Shown here in pieces: positions 56,501 through 64,000 of a stretch of 64,000 nt of DNA. The first letter of the stretch is position 1; every line of letters begins with the position of its first letter. The notes under the pieces were generated by a model. The model ran no database searches. It was given only the letters and a program-made list of their open reading frames with translations, and was not told where the DNA came from. The stretch spans positions 928,001 to 992,000 of the forward strand of contig CAVZJV010000014.1 of the NCBI GenBank assembly GCA_963775685.1. Reading direction: 5' to 3'. This stretch comes from Candidatus Bathyarchaeota archaeon (GTDB taxonomy: Archaea > Thermoproteota > Bathyarchaeia > Bathyarchaeales > Bathycorpusculaceae). The position numbers and the translations under genes were made by a program.

Positions 56501-57172
56501 ACCTGACCTAACAAAATCCCGAATCACCAAAGCAACCCACCACCCCACAACTAAAACACATAGCTCTTTGAACCCAACCCTTAGCGCCCAACCAATCAAC
56601 AACAAACAAGCATCAATTTCCCTTAACCGACAAGAAGAGCGTTAGGAGGCAAAGGCTCAGGAGAAAAAGCAAATTATCACAAAAGCCCCTTTCAGTCCCG
56701 CACCTAAACAAGAATTCAACAATTTCACCTCAAAATTTGCATAAAAATCAGACAGACCCTTGACAAGGACATCCATCCTTCAAGCCACAACCGATTGCTA
56801 CATCTGCACAAGATAAACTTAAAAAATTGTTATTGTACCGCTACCCCCTAATGTGGACAAACTTGATTGATGGCGAAAGCATATCTCAGACCCTGATTTG
56901 ATATTTTATTGTAGACCTGCCTACCAAAGGGCAGCGTGCATTTTGGAAATTCTTTGCTTGGAGTTCTTTGGACTAATTTTCAATTGCTTGATATTTCCAC
57001 ATCGCCTTTCTGCAGTTATCTTTTTCAACGCACAAAATTCATTTTAAATCACTGAAAGGAAAAACTTCATCAGATCGAATATATCAAACGCAAAGAATCA
57101 TAATTACAATCCACAAATAAACAAAACCTAAACATTAAATCGATATATACCAAAATAATTTCCAGCTAACTA

Positions 57173-57490
57173 TATTTTATCGGTTTCATGAAAGCCATGA
57201 AATAGACGCCCCCACTCAACAACTGCTAACAAAAAACAAAAGACAGCCCAATTTCTTTCTGCAACACATCCTAAACTCACAACCCAAATAGCCACACTAG
57301 AAAAGCCCGCCTTTTCCAGGCTTTCTAAGACCTCTCAAGACTCACCTACAAACAACACAAACCCCAAGCCAATAAAGCATCCCAAAACCAGCCCAAAAAA
57401 TCTGCAAAACAACATTTCTTCATCTTATACTCTAAACAACGCCCATAAAAGCACATCAACCCCCCAAATAGATAACCTACTGAACAACTA
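57173..57490 (+). repeat. Degenerate non-coding repeat, copy 2, containing the inverted repeat TTTCATG-AAAGC-CATGAAA (57184-57202)
   Basis: Colinear motifs shared with 54418..54640. Confidence 0.6.
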
Positions 57491-57906
57491 GAACAATTGC
57501 CATTCCTAGCCATTACAAGCCATTTTAAGCCGCAACCTGCAGCCGATCCAAAGCCCAAACAACAAAACCACCCCAAAACAAACCGCTCCAATTTTGCAAA
57601 AACAACTGATGTTGTTCTTCAATTGAACAAAAACCTAACCTTTTTTCCCTCCAAGAAAGACGAAGAACATAGCAAAAAACTCGCCTCAAGACACTCTCTG
57701 ATGTTGCGTGTCAGCTAACCGCTTCTGTTTCTTAAATAAGCAACAATGTGTGTGTAGGTTTTGTTATTTACAAACACAAATTACGCTTTCACCCCAACAA
57801 TAGTAGGTTATTCAAAAGCAACAAAGGCGCCTAGATTTAGGTTCTCTACGCGCAACTATTTCAAGAAATAACAATTCCATCCAGCTAGTAAATGGGGTAA
57901 TGTAGA

Positions 57907-60483
57907 ACGCTAAAAAAAATTACGATAGTGTTGGCAATTCTCTTTTTGACCTTAGCGTTTTTTGTAGATAATCAAACCACATACTACGCTGTGGCAAATG
58001 ATCCTGCCAAACTCTATCTATTTACGGGCTCGCCAAGTGTGCTTGCCGACAATAGCACCATGCAATGCATTTTTGTTCAATTACAAGATTCTAACGGAAA
58101 GATCGCCCGAGCACTACAAGACACAACAATCGGCTTATCATCCTCACTTACAACAGTTGGCACTGTTGATTCGTCAATCATCCTTTCAAAAGGAGAAACA
58201 TTTGTTTCAGCAAACTTTACATCCACATTCTACCCCGGAACAACCACAATATCAGCCTCAGCAACAGGCTTTGCAACCGTCCTCTCAACTATAACCACAG
58301 TTGGACCAATACCCTCCACGATAGCTGTCTATGGATTTCCATCAACCCTACCAGCAGACGGCAATGCCTACCCTGCAATTATGGTTCAACTCCAAGACTC
58401 AACCGGCTCGCCAGCAAGAGCCCCTCAAGGAGGCGTACCGATTGCGTTAACCAGCTCAGACACAACCGTTGGCACCGTAACACAGTCAGTTACAATCCTA
58501 GAAGGTGAAACATACGCTGTGGCAAATTTTAGCACAACCACAAAAGCACAAAAAGAAGCAAAAATGGAAACAGTCACCATAACAGCTGTCTCTCAAGGAT
58601 ATTCATCAAATCAAGTTACCATAACAACAACCCCCGTTGCATTAAACCCAACCAAACTCAAAATATTCACAGGACCCTCCAAAGTCTTAGCCGACCAGAA
58701 CGCATACAAACAAATCGCTGTTCAACTCCAAAACGCCACCGGCTTTGCAGCAAAAAAACCCTCAAACGACGTGTCGATAAACATCGCGTCTAGCGATTCT
58801 AGTATATGTCAAATTGACTCGATAAAGATTCTAGCAGGCCAAAATTACGCACTGGCAACCTTGAACACAACCTACAAAGCAGGCACCGCCAACATAACCG
58901 CGGTTGCCAATGACTTTCCATTAACCTACCAAATAATGAACACCTTTGGTTTTATTGCCTCAAAATTGGCCATTTACTGCCTCCCAACAAGCCTACCCTC
59001 CGATGGCAAAATATACCAAACAATCCAAGTACAACTCCAAGACACCCTTGGAAGACCTGCAAAAAGCGCGGGAGCAGAAGCTAGCGTAAAACTATTCTCA
59101 TCCCAGCCAACAGTTGGGGCGGTAAGTTCCATGCTCACAATTCCCCTCGGTAAATCAACAGCTTTCGGAGACTTGACCCTAACCTATACAGCGGGCACCA
59201 CCACAATCACAGCCCAAGCATCCGGCTACACCACCGGGCAAACTACTCTTAGCACCTACCTTATTGACTCCTACACCCTTTCTGCCTCAGCCGGCCCAAA
59301 CGGAGCAATCTTGCCAAACGGAACAATTTCAGCCATGCTGGGCACAAGTCAAACATTCAAAATAACAGCCAACACCGGCTACCATATTTCAGACATTAAA
59401 GTAGACAACCAACCCCAAGAACCCGACACCTCATACACCTTTAGCAACATTACCCAACCTCACAACGTAGTTGCCAACTTTTCCATAAACACCTACAACC
59501 TAGAAGTAACCCAAACAGACAACGGCCTAATTGACCCCGACACAAGCTCCATAAACTACGCAGACACCCCAGCATTCACCATCACACCAAACGAAGGCTA
59601 CTACATCACAAACATAACAGCAAACGGCAAATCCATCCCCGTGGGCTCCGCTTCGGGCCAAACCTACCAGTTTGGACCAACTACCGCCAACGGATCGCTA
59701 ACCGCCTCATTCGCAATAAAAAAGTTCGCCCTCCAAGTAACTCAGGCAGCTAACGGCACCATTGCACCCGGAACCAAAACCGTCAACTATAACGATAGCC
59801 AAACATTCACAATTACCCCCCAAACCGGCTGCCATATAGTTGATGTTCTTGTTAACGGAAAATCCTTAGGTCCCATAAGCTCCTACACTGCCCAAAACAT
59901 TCAAAGCACCCTCACTATCACAGCAGCTTTTGTAGCTGACCCCGAACCAACACCCGCACCCACACCCATCCCAACCCCCACCCCTACGCCAAAATCACAA
60001 GCCACAACACTTAACGCAACAAATGAAAATGGCGCAAAAGTAAAACTTGTAATACGCGGAAACATGACAAGCCAACAAATAACAAACGTGACAATAACCC
60101 CAAACAAGTCAAACAAAACAACCGCCCTATCGTTCACCGTTTCAGGAGAGACAGGCGATTTAGGCTCAGGCAATGTCACGATACCTAAAAGTGCAGTTGA
60201 TTTTGGGACATCTCCAATAGTCTACATCGACGGCACAAAGGCTGATGAACAAGGATGTTCACAGGATGCCGACAACAACTATGTGTGGTTCACTACTCAT
60301 TTTAGCAGTCATGACGTTTCAATCGTCTTTACGTCTCCGGCTTCCAATTCCGAGTTTCTACCTCAAGTGGCAATTTACATAATTGCAACTGTGACAGCTG
60401 TTTTGGCTATAGTTTCCGGAATTATAATTTATAAAAAACGATTCTATTTGAAAGAAAAACTTGAAAACATAAAGATCTTTTAG
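57907..60483 (+). CDS. Anchored adhesin-like surface protein: four invasin/intimin-type Ig domains, three InlB-B-repeat-like domains, Pro/Thr linker, pre-anchor domain, TM
   Basis: Four L.AD/SD...I.VQLQ...G repeats and three G.I.P...TF.IT...GY/C.I..I.V repeats. The signal peptide LKKITIVLAIL begins upstream of the annotated GTG 57928. Confidence 0.87.
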   Translation, partial: TLKKITIVLAILFLTLAFFVDNQTTYYAVANDPAKLYLFTGSPSVLADNSTMQCIFVQLQDSNGKIARALQDTTIGLSSSLTTVGTVDSSIILSKGETFVSANFTSTFYPGTTTISASATGFATVLSTITTVGPIPSTIAVYGFPSTLPADGNAYPAIMVQLQDSTGSPARAPQGGVPIALTSSDTTVGTVTQSVTILEGETYAVANFSTTTKAQKEAKMETVTITAVSQGYSSNQVTITTTPVALNPTKLKIFTGPSKVLADQNAYKQIAVQLQNATGFAAKKPSNDVSINIASSDSSICQIDSIKILAGQNYALATLNTTYKAGTANITAVANDFPLTYQIMNTFGFIASKLAIYCLPTSLPSDGKIYQTIQVQLQDTLGRPAKSAGAEASVKLFSSQPTVGAVSSMLTIPLGKSTAFGDLTLTYTAGTTTITAQASGYTTGQTTLSTYLIDSYTLSASAGPNGAILPNGTISAMLGTSQTFKITANTGYHISDIKVDNQPQEPDTSYTFSNITQPHNVVANFSINTYNLEVTQTDNGLIDPDTSSINYADTPAFTITPNEGYYITNITANGKSIPVGSASGQTYQFGPTTANGSLTASFAIKKFALQVTQAANGTIAPGTKTVNYNDSQTFTITPQTGCHIVDVLVNGKSLGPISSYTAQNIQSTLTITAAFVADPEPTPAPTPIPTPTPTPKSQATTLNATNENGAKVKLVIRGNMTSQQITNVTITPNKSNKTTALSFTVSGETGDLGSGNVTIPKSAVDFGTSPIVYIDGTKADEQGCSQDADNNYVWFTTHFSSHDVSIVFTSPASNSEFLPQVAIYIIATVTAVLAIVSGIIIYKKRFYLKEKLENIKIF

Positions 60484-60742
60484 CCCTCTGATGCAAAAAT
60501 AGATTTTAGCAATAAACCAGCAAATTGACGGTCAGGGCAACTATTGGGTGCTCTTAGTCTCTTTATTCCATGATACGTTATAGTTATAAACTTTAGAGCG
60601 TGCCGTTTGGATCGAATTGAGTGAGTCGCTATGAGGGAGCGTCTTAAGGCATGTTAAGTTAATAGTTTCACTTTTTATTGCGGATTTTCTGAAAGAAAAT
60701 TTTAGCGTCCAAATATGCATGCCGGCTGAGAGCTGAATTAAT

Positions 60743-61621
60743 TTACATTTTCTGAAAATGCAGTATGTATTCAGTTCCAACGATATATTCAATTTTCTTT
60801 ACGAGCCTAAAGCCTGCATTGCTGAATTTTTTTAGTATTGCTCTTGTGATTTTGGGCGTGTGGCATTCGATAATATAGAAGTCAATTCTCCTAAGCGTTT
60901 TATTCAATATTTTAACGAGATTTTCCTCTGCGCCTTCACAATCGAACTTAGCTATGTTAGCATTGCTCTCTGTTATGATCTTTCCGAGATTTTTACTCTT
61001 TATTTTCATTGTGTGTTTTCCTTTGCCTAAAACTCCAAAACAATTATCTATTGTGTCATATTGGATTTCTTGATATCCATCTTCTTCACCGATGCCTTCT
61101 TCGTGAAGTTCAGCGTTAACACCGTTTAAGAGAATGTTTCTTTTGATAAAATTATGATTTGCAACAACGGGTTCGTAGATTATTACTTTTTTGGCACCCT
61201 GAGAAGAAAAAAACACTGCAGTTTCCCCATAAAAACCGCCTATATCCAAGACAACTTTATTTTTGTAATCGTATTTAATCATCTCGCCGATACATTCTCT
61301 TGCGTATATTTCAATTGCCTGAAGAGAGCCAATTATTTTGGATGTCTTGTTTCCAATGCTAAATAGACCATCCTTTTCTTGTTTAATGGTGTAGCCTTTT
61401 GCGACAGCGTGTGATAATAACAAATATTCATCAAGATGCAGTTCGATCATTGCGCCATTTCTAAACTCTATTTGCCTTTTTCTCTGGAAAAGTTTCATAT
61501 TAAAAACTTCCCAGAAATTTCTAGTAGTCTTGACGGTTTCAATTAAACCTCTTACTGCAGTCACTTGTGATACGGCTGGTCGAAGGTTAATAGCTAACAT
61601 TTTAAAAAGAACTCCCGGCAT
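60743..61621 (-). CDS. FkbM-family methyltransferase
   Basis: VVLDIGGFYGETA, IIYEP and AKFDCEGAE motifs; paralog of 23072..23902. Confidence 0.85.
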   Translation of the reverse strand: MPGVLFKMLAINLRPAVSQVTAVRGLIETVKTTRNFWEVFNMKLFQRKRQIEFRNGAMIELHLDEYLLLSHAVAKGYTIKQEKDGLFSIGNKTSKIIGSLQAIEIYARECIGEMIKYDYKNKVVLDIGGFYGETAVFFSSQGAKKVIIYEPVVANHNFIKRNILLNGVNAELHEEGIGEEDGYQEIQYDTIDNCFGVLGKGKHTMKIKSKNLGKIITESNANIAKFDCEGAEENLVKILNKTLRRIDFYIIECHTPKITRAILKKFSNAGFRLVKKIEYIVGTEYILHFQKM

Positions 61622-62158
61622 ATTTGGGGACGGGCTTTGATTCTGAATGATTCACTTTTCCTTCGAGTCGTCCTTCTAGTTCTTTCATCTCAAGTCCGTA
61701 TAATGGAGCTACCGCAAGAACAGCAAGACCCCGAACATTTTCCCTAAATAAGTTCATGACCTAAGTCTCCAACCCTTCCAACGATTCCACAGTTTTTAAG
61801 GAAGGTTTCTTAAATCGACATATATCTTGAATCGTAACATCCACTAAAGCCCCTTATTAAAAGCAGTCAATTAATTCAAAATGGAAAAAATTTCAAGTTT
61901 CTTCAAAAGTTTTTTAATGTTTAGAGTACAAATCGCAAACCCGGAACTCTATGAGATACTTCAAAGACACATTAAATATTTGGGGATAATGTGTCGGATA
62001 GACCTCATATTCTGTAGAGTTCAAGAGAAGTTATAGCCTGTTTCAGGCCAGAACCGAATTGAAGCTACACGGCTAATTTGTTAGAGCTACGAATTCAAGC
62101 GTCTTTAAAGAGTAAATCAAATTTTGGAGCTTCAAACAGGATTCTTAGCCAAGTTTGT

Positions 62159-62347
62159 TTATTTGTTTGATTTATTGAAAACTGTGCATTCTAGGCATCT
62201 TTTTGCTGTACAGACATCCTCTGTAAAGGGGCAGCTTTGAAGGATTCTGGGTAGATAGTAGTTTAGTGCTGCATTCTCAACGGTTTCAAAATCCATCTGA
62301 GCATCACTTAGAAGTGTTCGAATTTCATCTGTTGTTTTCTTGGACAT
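62159..62347 (-). CDS. Small Cys-cluster protein (CPF-x4-C-x4-C-x2-C)
   Basis: AAGGAG RBS; four Cys near the C-terminus. Confidence 0.7.
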   Translation of the reverse strand: MSKKTTDEIRTLLSDAQMDFETVENAALNYYLPRILQSCPFTEDVCTAKRCLECTVFNKSNK

Positions 62348-62652
62348 TTCAGTTTATCTCCTTTCTTTTTTTGTTGGTCTTGAAGTTCTTTTTTATTTAG
62401 AAATATGGAAGCCTTCCGCTTACCATCTTGAACAAATGACTCTTCCTAAAGCGTATAAAGGATATTTCATAATACGCAATATATCAAGAAAAACTCCGTA
62501 TTCAACTTTAGGTTTGCTTCATTGCCGTGGCGAAAAATGAAGAAACAAAAAGTTTAGCCAGTCAGGCTGATCGGCCCACCGACATTTTTTTACTTGGGTA
62601 CATATAAGTTAGAGTTAGAAATTAAGCAAAAGAAAGGCGCAGTCATTTGTAT

Positions 62653-62898
62653 TTAGTACTTACATGAAGAGCAAATCATCAAATAATCCTTAACATGACC
62701 TACCCTTAAACTGTGGCTCTTAAAGTAATCTTGCAGCTCATCAGAAGAAAAATCACCATCAGAAGCAGCAGCATTAACTAGAATTACATAGCCTTCCGTT
62801 TCAGGGTCCCAAAGCCCCCACTCTACAAATCCCTTGAAGACTTTTGGACAGCAAGCGGGAAACTTTTTTGAAAACTGTAGCGCCTCAGCCAAATCCAT
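62653..62898 (-). CDS. Small hypothetical protein
   Basis: GAGG RBS before ATG 62898; VEWGLWD..TEGYVI motif. Confidence 0.6.
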   Translation of the reverse strand: MDLAEALQFSKKFPACCPKVFKGFVEWGLWDPETEGYVILVNAAASDGDFSSDELQDYFKSHSLRVGHVKDYLMICSSCKY

Positions 62899-63100
62899 AA
62901 AATCCGCCTCTCTAATACCAAATATTTTGTGCGTGAGACTTTTAAAGAGTTGTTGGCTCAACATTGATGTAACATAGTTAAAATCGATCTATCGTTTGGG
63001 TTGAGTTGTTTTTTTAGTTGTGTTGGTTTGGGGGTTTTAGTGTTGGAAGCGGCTTTAATAGGTGGCTTCTCATTCTGCGGTGTAAATGTGAGGTCTTGGA

Positions 63101-63773
63101 ATGTTCGCAGTTGGCCACTTTGCATTAGGATACATATTTGGGAAGACTTCATCGAAGATAATCAAGGTCAAAGTGAATTTGCCGCTTCTGCTTGCTGACT
63201 CAGTGTTACCAGATGTTGATCTACTGTTGCGTTTTCTGGCCCATCGGGGACCCACACACTCGCTAATCACCATAACAGTTTTGATGGTCCCATTTTTTGC
63301 CGTTTACCGCAAACGAGCCCTCCCCTACTACGCGGCCATGCTCTCCCACATTCTGATAGGTGATTTCTTCAGGAGGCAAACTGCATTTTTATGCGTAATC
63401 CAAACGCAAGCACGAGCTTTTCTGGCCCCTCTCACAAAACACGTTTGGAGCGCTAAACTTTGCGATGAGCAGCATGCCTGTCGAGTTGATGGAGCTCACC
63501 CTTTTCTTTTTAACCCTGCCGTTGATGTACAAGCTGTGCGATCTAAAAACGCTGTTAAAACCCAACAACAAGAACTGGGCTCTAATAATCCCGTTAGGAG
63601 CCATTATTGGTCCTCTGGTTTCGCTTGAGCGAGGCCAAGAAGGTGCTCTTCCAGCCGATCTTGTAATTCCGAGTCTTTTCTACGTCTGCCTGTTCAGTTA
63701 TTCCTTGTTTGTATGGCTAAGATTTGAACATGTAAAGAATCGACAAAAGCTACAGCTTAATGTGTTGGGGTAA
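63101..63773 (+). pseudogene. YdjM/DUF457-type metal-dependent membrane hydrolase disrupted at about 63371-63413
   Basis: MFAVGHFALG, LPDVD, HRGPTHSL and SHILIGD lie in one frame. ELFWPL... resumes at 63414 in another frame after about 35 nt of unrelated sequence. Confidence 0.75.
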
Positions 63774-63860
63774 TGTCGAGTTAGATTTTTTGTTGAAGGA
63801 GTAGGTTATCTTTATGTTTTTGCAGCTTCAAATCAGTGGAGAATTAGAGCAGCACAATGC

Positions 63861-63940
63861 TTTCTGATGTTTTTTGTGGGTTGATTGTTGCAACTGGTGT
63901 ACAGAGAGTGGGTTGCAACAACAACAGCAACAACAACTTC
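63861..63940. repeat. Non-coding palindromic element, copy 2 (inverted relative to copy 1)
   Basis: Stem GTTG-A-TTGTTGCAAC (63880-63894) pairs with GTTGCAACAA-CAAC (63912-63925). Confidence 0.72.
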
Positions 63941-64000
63941 TTGCATGTTGTTGATTAGAGTTTTCTTTAGTTGGGCTGCTCTTGTTTTGAGGGCTATTGG

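Noticed and set aside
63368-63425. Canonical bulge-helix-bulge intron
   Set aside because: The flanks pair weakly and no 4-bp central helix between two 3-nt bulges could be drawn.

Overview
A 64 kb archaeal cell-surface glycan and surface-protein locus. The host is most likely Bathyarchaeia; this is inferred from frequent TTG starts, GGTG/GGAG ribosome-binding sites, TATA-type promoters, DUF1616 genes and many Pro/Thr-stalked, C-terminally anchored proteins. From left to right: (1) a secreted SGNH esterase missed by the ORF track, and a nucleotide-sugar cassette (PIG-L deacetylase, RfbF, two C-methyltransferase-like enzymes, SDR epimerase/dehydratase); (2) an AT-rich 10.5-38.5 kb block with a flippase, GT2 and GT4 glycosyltransferases, two GT-C-like polytopic proteins, tandem radical SAM/SPASM enzymes, acetyl-, methyl- and phosphotransferases and a Gfo/Idh/MocA pair; (3) modular secreted proteins carrying CE4 deacetylase, spherulin-4/GH135-like, lectin-like, beta-propeller and Ig-like heads, with a perfect (GGAGAA)x50 tract and near-identical intragenic repeats; (4) small conserved genes and two families of non-coding repeats. 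At least eight genes carry apparent lesions (frameshifts, one in-frame TGA, non-canonical starts), which may be real or assembly errors. No rRNA, tRNA, CRISPR array or transposase was recognised. All family assignments come from motif recognition by eye, not database searches.
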